The position numbers and the translations under genes were made by a program. From Catajapyx aquilonaris (Eukaryota): a DNA stretch of 59,477 nucleotides. The notes beneath the pieces are model-generated. The model was not told where the DNA came from and did not search any database. It saw only the letters and a list, made by a program, of their open reading frames with translations. Positions 23,529 to 36,400 of this stretch are shown here, in pieces; position 1 is the first letter of the stretch, and each line of letters starts with the position of its first letter. The stretch lies in NCBI GenBank assembly GCA_000934665.2, contig JYFJ02003993.1, forward strand, positions 1 through 59,477, read 5' to 3'.

Positions 23529-26500
23529 TGATAACGCCAGAAAGTAGTATAAGTGTCCGTGGGCTGCACTCAATCATAGATATTCTTTTAAAAGGGAGCG
23601 ACACATCTGTGCTATTCTGGTATGTTCATGTCCTTGCATGTATCTTGCGAGTGCCACTACCTGCGGCATACTCCCCATGTATGGAAAATGTATGGCAGGT
23701 AATGGAACTCACAGGATATACGAAAAAACTATGTCCACAACATTTGGACAGTAAATATTTTTCCAGTTCTTCCGGCAACAAAGGTAAAATGCATTCAGCA
23801 TTCAAATAGCGCTGACGTCACAATAGACAACAATGACTGTCAACACTAACTATAACAATTAAAAGCTTGTCACGTCAGTATCATTCAAAAGCTGAGTACA
23901 TCGTACATAACTGGCCCACCCAAGCAGCTGTCACATCTACCAGTACTATCACACGCAGCATCGTGCTTGGGAAAAAAATCCCTACCTGTTCGAGGCACAT
24001 TTTTGGTGCCTGGATTTTGGAAAATCCAGCCATGCGACACTATAGCAGCTTGGGATTTTTTTTTTCAAGTGTCAGCGTTGCCGTCGCGCAACATTATTTC
24101 CTCGCTCAACTGAGCTTATAAGGATTACCTCTTACTTGGATGAGGCTGCGGATAATTGTCGCGGAAAACTGGAACACACCACAAATCAATAACTTTCTTC
24201 CTTATAGAGGATGGAGTTTTTCACCATTTATCAACCCGTTCCATAAGAAGCGATACAAAAATTGATTTTGCAAGCCTTTTTTTTTAAACCCATATTATTT
24301 ACTTTCCACCATCCATCTTCCAGCAAGTGATTGTGTGATGTACATAGGAGCATCCTCGTGTCAGCTTTCTCACTTGGAGGGAAAGGAGTTCTGCTCGTAC
24401 ATGGTCTTTTGATTGCAGTCACTAGTACGAAGATGATCCGTGAAGAAGCGCAACCGAAGAAAAAGAGGTTGATGGAATAACCAGTTTGGATTGGCACTTC
24501 TGCGACTCATTACTCTGCCAGTTACCAGCGCTTTTTTACTACCTTCTCCAGACAGTGATTTCTAAATTTTCTAATCGCCATTATTGAGATAAGAACTAGG
24601 CGGCGTTATAAAATCCAACCAAAATTTGTAGTCGCCATTTTTGCAAAGTACAGAATTTTAATGAACATATTTAGTACCTTGCATTGTGCTCCACATATAT
24701 TGTTGTAAAAAAATCTCTACATATTTTTACTACTACTCTATAATTTTGTAGGCTCTCGAGCTGTGAGGGCACTTTTTACAGACCTAAGGGATAGGAATTT
24801 GTGTATTTTTCAGTCAGCACTACGGGATTGGAAAAGTAATCACGCTCATCAGTTTCCGAAATAATAATTAAGTATTCGGTGCTTTCATTTTCTTAAGTAA
24901 CTATGGTCACTCTAGTGAGATACAGAAAAACCGAGGCTATACAGTGCATCTTGGAAGACATGTTTTATGTTAGCTGCTGGAATATTCCACAATGCCTTGG
25001 GCAGGCAAAACAGGTGGTTCTGACTGCGACAGCACCAGTTGATGCCATAATAATGTTAATGCCAGGTACAATAGAGCAGTTGCTCCATGCATACGCTATA
25101 TGCGGCCGACAAATGGCAGGCAGATGTGCTGGTTTTGTTGCTTATACTTTCTGCTACCATGCATGCCTCGTTTTTTAGTCTTCTTACAACTCTTTCGCGT
25201 CTTGTCTTCCGCCTGTAACAGCGTCTGGACCTACTTAACCAGGTCAAAAGGCAGCTGTCATTATAGACTGCTTGCGTAATTTTTTGTGCTAAACTTGGTA
25301 GTCGCTGAATTTATTTGCATGTCATTTATGGGCTTGTATCCTAACACGGAACTGAGGTGCATTTAAATATTTTCCCCCCAGAAATTCCCTTTTTTAAAGG
25401 TTTATTTGAGGCGAGGCAGCAATGACCATCAGGCGTGGGAGGAGATGATATAAAAGGAAATGGGCCGTTATGGTGAGCGGTTTTAAAAAAAAGTGGGAGG
25501 ATATGGGAGAACCTCGATAGAACTCATTCGAGATATGTCGAGAACCCGGCTCCAAACCTCAAAAAATAGGAAAACTATGAAGTATGTCAAGCCATAGCAA
25601 TTGGGACTTATGCAGCTTCTTCAATACAGGGCATATAATTACGGCATTATTAGGGGCCTTTAACGTGCACGCGTACTTTTGTGTGCGGTAATGCGTTTCA
25701 TAAAATCCGGATTCTATTTTTGACAGTAAACCTTGGGCAGCCTCATGAATACGTAATTTTGCAAATTATCTAGTGCAATAGAGGACTGCTGAACTGTATG
25801 CCATGTGGCATTCTGTACTATACTTTACAAAAGAATTGGGCCAGTCAAAATTGATCACTTGGACGGATACATATATAGGGCTGTGGTCGGCCACAGCACT
25901 GGTCCTGTAGTTAACTGTGTGTGTCCTGTTCTAAAATCCAATGGATCTATATAGTATTTGGGTTGGATTTTGATAATCGAGTATAATTCACTATCGAGAG
26001 CTTTCAATTTTTTTGGGGGGTACATAGCAGTATGCAGCCTTTCTTTACTTCATGACACTTTAAATCGTACCATACTCATTTCTCACTTCGATCTTTCTCT
26101 TAAGCCATATTGGAAAGTGCGTTAATCCTTCCACATTGTATACCTGACATATCAACTAATAACCGGCCTTGTCTTAATGTGTCATCAAGGCGAATGAACT
26201 CCACGATTATTGCACTGGTGAAGGATACAACCCGCACTACAAATAATACTAGCCCTGAGAAGCAAAAGCAGGAGACAGGGTATCGAAATCGGAGAAAGTC
26301 TAGTGAGAGGTGGCGATAGCTTCCTATCGTAGTCAAAAGGACCCAGTTAGAAAGCTTGCAAACCCAGAATCGGTCACGAGTAGTTCTAACCACACATGAT
26401 GTACAGTACAACTGCAGGAAACCCACTCACGCTCAGATAAAAATCAGTAGAACTACCAATCATATGAATAGGTGACAAATCCTCCACATGCAATTTCTAA

Positions 26501-29500
26501 CCCTAGCCTACTATGCTAACAAGATAACGGGATTTCACGATACTATCTGAACAGACGCTTCTCATTTTAGCCGGATAAGATGCTAGTAGGGAAAAACTAG
26601 CTGATACTTTGTAAACATAAGGCGCCAGATACAAGTGTTTGTGATTGATAAACGGCCTTCCTCGAGAGAGCCTAGGTAGTTGTGTCATCTCTTTCATTAT
26701 GTCAGCACAATCAGTCATATCATATAGCAGTAATAGTGACGCATGTGAGCAAAATTTATTTTCCGGGACGTAAACCGGGTGGGTGCACGGCGAGGCACAA
26801 AATAGAGGCAAGATAATGCGACAGCTACACACTTGCAGTTAGGTTTTTTAACGGCCCAAATTCCTGCAACATAAAATATTATATGGGTGGCAGCCACCCA
26901 GCTCGTGAGAGTCACTAGATGGCAGCGCTCGTATGCGATGTTGCTGCCATCTAGCGCCCAAGTATATTATTGGCAAACCTCAATAACAAAATAAACTTCC
27001 CAATTCTGCATTGTAATAATCATCATTATTTTGGACACGATTGAAATTTCCGCCATACATATCACCACCATGGTAAAGCATTTTAGTGAACCACTTCCTC
27101 GTTGTGTAGTACGTGGTTGAAGCATTACCTTGGTTTACCCCTCTGCATTATCTGACCCAATTCCTGCTCTTATCAACCCCCAACCCCAACCCCCATCTGC
27201 CTTTCTCCCCAGCACCACACTGAAATAGGGCTGCTGCTGGAGAGAAACAGAAAGAAAAACTACTTGCCCCACATCAAGCGCCATTCATTCCCACTTGTAA
27301 CCAATTTACTCAACAGCGATGACGTGCCTATATAATTGACAAAATTTTCGTGATTCTGGCGGTCACTTCCGAAACACCAACAAATGCTCGTGTTTCATTG
27401 AAAAATCTTTCCAGTAATTCGTGCGTGGTTCATTTTGTCTAAATATTCATCCTTGGCTTACTGACATGAAAATATTCACATTGATATGAAAAAAGGGACA
27501 GCAAATTACGTCTGATATTACGTCACAACGTGGATGGACCAAAAAGGGCCGGAAGTGTCCGCCGGAAATGCCGTGATATGAAATTGGAGTGTTGGATGCC
27601 GGGACTGAAAGCGTGCGGAGAACTAGTTATACTGAGTTGCACAATTTTAAAAAAACGGACAAAAAAAAAGTTAAATTAAGTCCATTGCGAAAAGCCATAA
27701 GCTGCAAATTCTGGCATCAAATGTTCTTAATTCCGAAGTTAAAACTTCCCGCCTCAAGTCGGCTGTTCATAAAATATTTCAACTAAGCGACTTCATAATT
27801 ATTGTTAGTAATCTTAATTTCCCAGCAATGAATCACACTGGTAATACATGGTATTAAAAGTGAATTATATTACATCCATAACTAGCCTATACCCTACACA
27901 ATTACTCGAGTATAAACTTGTTGAGTAATATCTTTGTTTAAAGCATTGTTGATAGTTTAAAAAAATGGGAAAACCCTCGTAAGTGTACAGTAGAGATGAC
28001 ATAATTTGTCCACGGAAAAGCTCGCGTTTGAGCATGTCAGAAGCCAAATATTGACAGTCCAGGCTCTTCTATCAGAGTTTCACGATTCTCCTTGCCTAAT
28101 CATGTAGATCATTATGGAGCTTTCAAAAATTTTAATCACTCTTCATTTAGAGTTTTAGACCAACTACATCGCTGTCTAATAGAAACAACTTGTCGTAACT
28201 TGCAGCGCACATACATCTCACACATTTCATATTATTTTACTTTCAAGCCCATCTCCACATGACAAAAAAAGGGCAAAATGCCAGACCGGATTAGGACCCC
28301 ACCAAAAATCCCGAAGCATGAACTGCAAGAGGAAATATTCACAATTGACCAAGTGGGTGTGAGCCGAGCTCATGAATTTGTTCTGCGAAGAGATAGCGAA
28401 CTGGTCCAGTTTAAGAGTGTATGTGTGTATGGGCGAACCAGTTCCCTTGAGGACCACTCACCGACATATGCTCAACGCACACACACACACACACACCGAA
28501 TTTTTACAACCCATCAGTGCCAGCGCATACCTTACGGCTACCGTTTAACGGTACACGCAATTGCGCAAAAATCGTCCTAAATCACGTATTAGAATCCGAT
28601 TCAGGAAGTTGGCGGATTGACGTCACCCAGTCGGGAGATAGGATAAGATTCCATTAGGCTCGGCAAGAATGAGGACAATTATACCCACCAGGAAAAAGTG
28701 TACGATCTGGTTCTTACCGTCTCTCACTTTCACTCTACCTCATGCTAATGCCCGAGTTATTCCACGCCAAATCCGACAAGGCATACAGCTGATTAATTTT
28801 CAGCTATCATAACTTGCCGTACCAGAATGGGAGGGTCAATCTGAAAGATCCGATTTGAATCATAGAGCGTAGATCAGGCGACTTGCAAATAGCTTCTCTT
28901 TACACTCCAACTAAAAACAATATTTTATCAAGAGTTCATGCAGGACATCACCCATTACGTACAATATTATGTCAGAACTAAGTTTCACGTTATCTCAATG
29001 TCATGTCTCATATCATACAAAGATACAGTGTATCCTACCTCTCAATATATTAATAATTTCGAATATTGCCCGCAGTACATAACCGCATTGATATCATTCA
29101 ATTATTGTAGAAGTTGTGGTAAGTTTGAGCTTTTAATTCATCAATGTTAACAAAGCTCTCAAATTATGGGAGTTAACAACATTTTACACCCGAGTGCCAG
29201 TCACATAGGTGCTGTGCAGGTATGTACGAGTTGCAGTTATTTGTTTAAAAAAGTCACAAACTGAAAATTCACTCTCGATACTGCGTATAGAATTTCACCT
29301 TCAGTTTACATCCCACAATGCATACTCATTCTCTTGTTCGTAGATCAGAAGGGATGTAAGGGAGACAAAAAATTAACAATATGCTAATAAAGATACATTT
29401 TACGGTAGGACTATAATTGGAAAGAACAAGTGAAGGGACACTTTAAGTGCGCTTTTACTACTCTTGTTACACTATCAGATTCCTTTCGCAACAGTCCCAA

Positions 29501-29582
29501 GCGTAGTGCAGATATCTCATAGCATGTCAGTGGCAAAAAGAAATACCGAGTGGATCGGCAACGGTCGACAAGAATCACGTTA

Positions 29583-30103
29583 AGGTGCATTCACATATCC
29601 GCGATTGCGACAGCGTCGGCGACCACGCGCCCCTGTCGCGTCATGGGCAAGAGATCGCACAGATGCTGGGAGCTCGGTTCCAGAGCTGGCTGGGGCACGG
29701 AATCGTGCCCGCATTCACGTATCCCCATCCGCGCGATCCCATGCCCCAAAAACAAAGATGGACGCTCCGACCACCTCCGCTGATCCGGTCGCCGTATCTC
29801 TCCAAGTACAGGCTTGGAAGGCATATTTCCCGGACAAACCTACAACCGGTCATCTGCTATGGTCAGTGGCCAGCTCCATGGACGCTTGTAAAAGTAAAAT
29901 AATTCAAGTTTTTGGCCAAAATGGCAAGCACGTGACTTGCGATCCTGTGCCCCAATCGCCGGTATGGATCTAGCAGATCCGCGCGACGGGCACCAAATCG
30001 GTCGACGGGGCATCGCATCGTGGATATGTGAACGCTCCGTCGCCGGCGACGGGGACACCAAATCGGTCCCAAGGCACGGGATCGCGGATATGTGAATGCA
30101 CCT
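29583..30103. mobile_element. PIF/Harbinger-type MITE
   Basis: 23-bp perfect TIR AGGTGCATTCACATATCCGCGAT flanked on both sides by a 3-bp TTA TSD; GC-rich non-coding interior. Confidence 0.88.
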
Positions 30104-30367
30104 TTAATCTGCATAATATATAGCCCGTGTAAAGTTTCGCATTTTGAATTCTTTATTTATTTCGCCTCATTCGTTGTTGACTTGCAGGCTCTTAATATTA
30201 TTGTACAGAATAGTTTCAACCTGCAATCAGGATTTTATAACGCTATAATTGTCGCGAAAATAAAAGTTCCCGTTGGATTCATTGCGCATTAAGTTCCATT
30301 AATATGCACCCCATGTCGCTAATTGACCCCGCCGATGATATTCCAAATTATCTTGCGATGCAGGTGC

Positions 30368-30405
30368 ACCTCCTCCTCCTCCTCCTCCTCCTCCTCCTCC
30401 TCCTC
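30368..30405. repeat. (CCT)n microsatellite
   Basis: Directly visible. Confidence 0.9.
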
Positions 30406-33400
30406 CACCCCCCAGCAAAGCAGGTAGCATCAACTGTCCTTGAACTTTCCAAATCCGGAATGACCGCACACCTGACAAACCTACGAAGATGGATGCAAGT
30501 GTACGAACTTGCCTAACTTTCCACAGGACCAGCAATGGCACATTCCTAACGGCGAATATGAGGAACCACCTCCACCCCATCCCTCCCTCCCTCCCTCCCT
30601 CTTACCCCCTCATCTTCATCAACATCCATCACCACTATTCGCACGGCTCTTTAAAATGCGCATTCCAATCCTATTGTGAAAAGGGTTTCTATAAAAAGGA
30701 TCCCAGGAGTTCTATTAGTAGTGCAGATGGCTGCATTTGCATGACGGCATTTGCAAATTATTCTCCAAGAATGGAACATATGCTTCCAGTGTATTTATAG
30801 TTGCTCGTATCAAATGCAGTGTATGAGCACAGAAAAGGCTGTGGCATATTCCCGGCATATTAGTCAGAAGAATGTAATGAAGAATCCCCGAGATTCGTAC
30901 GAATGTGGGCGCAAAAATCCGTCACCGAAACGAATTGCAAGCAGCGATGCAAATGCGCGCGGTTATCAATTACTGTGCGTGTACGTCACTTTGCGTGGGG
31001 TCGACAGCCAGCAAAACCGCAGAATGAAATTCCTGGGCTGGCAAAGTGCGTGCGTATACGAGCGAGGCTGCCGCCACAGGGCATCCATCCCGTCCATGTA
31101 TGAGCGCACCTCCCGAAAGGCATCCATCCCATCCGAAGTGCCGTTCGCGGCCAACGGCCCCTACCTACCTACCTACCTACCTGTACCTATCTGCCTTCTT
31201 GCTTGCACTCCAACCATCTCGACTACCTTGATCCTCCTCACGGACACACCGATGCCATCCCGCATTTCCCACCCCACAGAGTATGTCTATTCATACTCTC
31301 AAGCACAGTACTGTAGTGCTGTAATACAGTATTACTATCCAGTACTGTCAACAAAAGTTTGCGAATTTTTCCCCCAAAATTATCTGTAGGGGCTTATATA
31401 AAACCACCTTATATTACAAAGGCTAACATAATTTTGCACTTGTCGCAATTTGTCCAAGACATGTCAATTGGCCAATAAACGGAGTAGCAAAGGTTAACCA
31501 CAGCTGTTAGCCTATTTGTCGCCCTTTTTATGACATGCCCGATAACAATCGTTATGCAACAAGGTTGTAAGGTAAGATATGGATCGCCCATTCTTGCCAA
31601 AAGGACTTTCCAAGCAGATGCAGAGGACAGGCATGGGAGATATTCGTCTGTTGTTTTCACTGCATTGCTGCATTCCTGGAGCGCAATTGCAATGAGAGCA
31701 TGAAGTACGCAGGAATCCTGGAATGTGTCACATGATGGCCGGCCGGGGGAAAAAAAACAATGCATGAATTCGCCGAATGCCTGGAAGGATAGAAAATGAG
31801 CGAAAAGAATCTTGTCAGGCGCCACTCCTGGAAGCTGCAAAACCGTTATGTGACAGCCGGCTGACAGGAAGTTGACAGGGCAACGACACCAAAGGGCCGT
31901 ATGCACAGAATTATCACGTTCCTTTCGCATCCAAGCCTTCAAATCTACTCGATGTACACCCTTAGCATTGGTGCAGTCTGGGCATGACTGCTTGGCCCAC
32001 ATTCTGCTGCAAGTTTAAGGTCGATGCTTAGAAAATGGGGCAAATAAGACCATTCGCCATGGAATACGCGTTGGGACATGTGGATGTCAACTGCGTGCAA
32101 CGGAAAAGCCAGCAATTTCTCCTGGGGGCCGGGGTGCAACTGGTAACAATGGAAATCAAGGAAATACACTCCAATTTATAGAGGGCAATAACGCTGCATC
32201 ACAAATATGGAATTTGAAATGTCTCACGCATTACTTACAGTTAGTAGTTGGAATGATGCAATCCCTACTATTAGCAGTTTCAATAGCACTATCAGTGAAA
32301 GGGAAAGGAGAAAAAAAATATTGCGTTTATCTGCACTTTCAAACACTGCCATTCTATCAGACTCGCGCGCGTGTGTGTATACGTACGTGTATGTGTGTGT
32401 GTGTGCATAGTGGAAAGGGCGCATTCCTAACCTCGCCGCCAGGTATTAGAATGTAAACTTGCCAGTTACGGTATGTTCCTTCCCCCCACCCTCACCTGGA
32501 AAGTCACCTGCAATGAATGACCACCTGATCGAAATAGCACGGCAAAAATCAGCGCCATTTTTATTACTTTTTTGGGAACAGGGTGAGTGGGGAGGTGGGA
32601 GAATGGTGAGGTCCAAATTCCAAACTATCTCATCCTTTCGTTTTTACTTGAGGGGCAACGGCCTCAGTCTCACGGCCGCTGGCCCTGATGCCACACCCTG
32701 AAAAGCGACGTGAGACTCCATCCATGCCATCCAACCACTTCTTCTGCTTCTTTTTATTCGCCTTCCTTCCCCAGGATTTGGAAACCTGGGCACCCCCACC
32801 CCCCTGATTCCCCACCCAACATCCAAATAACACAACCCCCCTCCCCCCTCTCCATACCTCCATGTGTGGGGTAACCTTTTTGCACACGTTTCCAGAGCAC
32901 GATCTTGCTCCACTCTCAGGCCCATCTATTAGTCTCCTTCCACCAGCACGACCATTTTTGCTCTGGCCATTACATAACATGTTCTCAGGTAACATAAATT
33001 GTAGTGGACAGTATGCCCGAATTGTTCAGTTATATTATTTCTGGCAATCTACCGCCTACGTCGAAAAAGAGCGCTCATTTCAAAGCCATTTTATGGCGCC
33101 GGCGCCACGTCCCTCAATAGAAGGTTATCCAGGCTACAAAACACGTATATAAAAAAAATGACATGCAGCGCTCCAAATACCTCCCCACTGACTCCAGTTT
33201 GTATTTGCGTCTATCTCACCCCCGGGACACTTGTGACGTATGTAGAGATCCTCAAACAATAAACGGCACGAGCGTAACAACCGATCCTATTAAGATCCAA
33301 AAATGGTGATCACAATGCCTTGTCGCATTTAATGGCGCTGATTCTCCTCGCCGAAAAAAAAAGCACCGAAATTAATAGCGACTTCTACACAATCAGTGGT

Positions 33401-36400
33401 GCTATTGTGCATAGGCTGTGCTATCGGGAGTGTTTGTCTTGAACTGTTTTACGACCAGACTTAACGCGCCTCTCGAGCTTGGGGTGGGGGGGATTTCTAA
33501 ATGGGCGTCAGCCTGGGAATCTATTGTGCAAGGATAATACCGAGACATTATCTTCATCTCCGCAATTATTCCTTGCCTCCCACCCTCCACCCCCTCTCTG
33601 GACGCTCCCTGACACACTTTCAGGCCGATTGTTCCTACTCATAGGAGGAAGTGGGTGCAACGATTCGACATAACGCCATTCAGTTACTTTTAACAATTAA
33701 AAAATGCAGTTTCCGCAAGGAAAATTTTAATGCCACTCAATGCAGAGCAGAAAGTGCTCTGATTCCACACACCTCACAGGCTGCATAATTATATGCAAGC
33801 CCTAATGCCAAAAATTGCAACCTTGACCTTTATTCTGAGCTTGAACCAGATAATCTATCTGTCCAGTTCCGCTAGTCGGATACATATGCCACCAGTGTCA
33901 CATCGTCTGTAAAACACAAGTCGACTGAATGTTATTGCAAACGCACCCGACAAAAACTGCTGAATCGGACCTGTACGATGTTTCAAGTCCACTGCCAATA
34001 TCAAATGACTATGCGTGCACGGATCACATCTCATTCGTCATCACAAAATAATGCTGAATACAAGGCGGCTAATGCTATCCTATTTCACAATGTTGATAAG
34101 GTGACTAGACTCTCCATTAGCTGCCATTTAAATGTCACAGGGTATGAGGCTATGTCTCTTCCGAGTTAATGAAGCTGTTAATTTCAGCCGACGGAAGTGC
34201 TACATTGGCAGACTCTGACCTTCATATTAGAAAATTGTTCAACTTCGACCTTTCAGATAGTTTAAGCCAAAACATACTCGTGTGTAAGAGATAACGTCAG
34301 AAAATCAATTCCATCCGAATGGTGTCGATTGAACAATTGGCATACTAACAGGCGTTTAACAATTACGAACAGGAAGGCTCGACATGCAAATTCATGTTAC
34401 ATAGTAATACTTGATTCGCAACGCCTCCCGTTAAATTGGTTTGAATGAACCTAGATAGCTTGAGCTTCAGATAACAAATTGGCACAGGAAGCAGAATCTC
34501 CTTGGTCAAATGTGCCGAGTATCCTTGCTCTAGACCTTGAAGATTCCATAAACGATAGCGATGAACTCTATGGAGGCCAAGAGAGTGCAGATTTCTCTTC
34601 TTCCAGGCTCGTCTCTCGCATATTCCTTCTGTCCCCTTCAAAATTCGCTAACATAATATGGGTCACACACTAACACTGATCTATCGCACCTGCTTATGAT
34701 TAATCCACGCCAGTCTATTGCATGATTTTCTGACAATGCAGATGTCGCCTAAATTCACCCATACGATGTACAGTAGTACCAGGCACCACCCTGTCCTAGG
34801 ATTCCCACGAAAACGTTCCCCACGATTCTTCCTCCGAATTCCGCCGTTTCAACAGAAGAGTTTATTTTAGCACCCAATGCAGTGTGCAAAAATTCGCGAA
34901 AAAGTTTGGCAACCGTGCAGACATTGTCTCTCCTTTTTCCCCCGCTGACTTATGCTGTGGTCGTGCGAAACAAGTTGCCAAGCATGAATGAGGCACAAGT
35001 TTAAGGGGGTGGGTGGGTAGGGGGTGTAGAGAATGAAGGTTTTGCTCAGAGGGTACCTTTTCCACCCAGGGAAATGAACGGTCATCGTTTCTGGAGGGCT
35101 GGGCACAGCCCCAACAAGTCTTAGCTCTTTAAAAAAAGAGAAGAAGTCCCCCAGGCAATCCCCGAAACACTTCAGACAATGGAACCCTCTTTGGCACCAC
35201 CTCCAGTTTGCCTTCCAGACATGTGGATGTCACCAGTCTCTAATTGGGGGGGTTTTCTTTAGAGCTGTGTGTCCACGTTCCTACTTCCCCCCCACCCCCC
35301 ACCCTGAGCAGAAAAAAAAAATCAGTACCACACCTTTTCTTGGCGGCGGAAAGACCGGATCCTGATGACCACTCTGGATGTCCATGAGACTGGGCATTCC
35401 GGTAAGCAGGCATATATTACATGTGGGTACACATGCTGATGCGTGCAACCGGTCACAGACCCCTTTCTAGTCTCTCTCCCTCCCCTCTCTCAGCCGTGAA
35501 GAAATGAGAGGATCTTATTCGCCCTGGGGCCTTTAGCCTTTTTACACATGTGAGAATTACGCGAGAAAATGAGACAGTAATAATCAGGCAAAATGTGTTG
35601 CACTTCCAGGGCGACAAAAAACTAGACCACACTCGGGCAAGATTTGTCTTATTAGCAGCGAATTTTCAACACCTTATCCTTCGGCCTAATAGACAGCCTG
35701 GAAAAACATGAATCTTTGAGCACAGGTGGCCTTGAGAGTGCGAACCAATAGAGAAGAACACGTCAGTTATCCTGATTGGTTGTGGAAAAAAAAATGAGAA
35801 AAACAATGCCGATTAATACTCAATTTGGGAAGTCTCGTATTGGCTAAGATCTGGCCTTGAGCCAATGACGATTAAGCGGAGGGTTCTTGACTTCACTTCA
35901 GACATGCTTCTTCCTATAGGTTAGGTCTATATGTTAAATATATGCATGCTGGCTTCAGACACACGTATGCACTTCAATCTGCCATGTGAGTTCCTGGTAA
36001 TCCGGAAAAAATATTTGCAAAAAATAAAATAAAAAATGAACGAGATATCTGGTAGCACCAATTGAGGCAGTAATTGCTGGAAAGCTGGCAGAAACTACCA
36101 GGCAGCCACTCTTCCAACATTTATTGCAGATTTTTCGCTCGTTTATGGCTGTTTCCCCCGTCATCATCGCCCCATGATTTTGGAGACATCCGACTATTCT
36201 CCTGCGGAAAAAGTTGTCAACTCAACGTCATCAAATCTTATCAACATTCCAAGGAGTGTTTCTGCTCTGGCATTAAATCCCCGCATTAATCCCCGCTTCA
36301 GATATTTTTTTTTTCTCTCTCTCTCTCTCTTAGTGTCTCCCGAGTTTGTGGTAATTAGGATCAGCAATCATGTCACGACATATGCTCAGTATTTCAGTCG

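Noticed and set aside
26425..26463. Third possible CrebA first exon MIGSSTDFYLS|GTGAGT (phase 0)
   Set aside because: The donor lacks G at -1 and no promoter-like context was seen; chance occurrence is plausible.
29550..30114. Cluster of overlapping ORFs
   Set aside because: They arise from the GC-rich, stop-poor interior of a Harbinger-type MITE.
30751..32169. Longest unexplained ORFs (212 aa plus, 197 aa minus) as nested genes
   Set aside because: No recognisable domain, non-ATG starts, composition typical of non-coding DNA, and no convincing splice structure.
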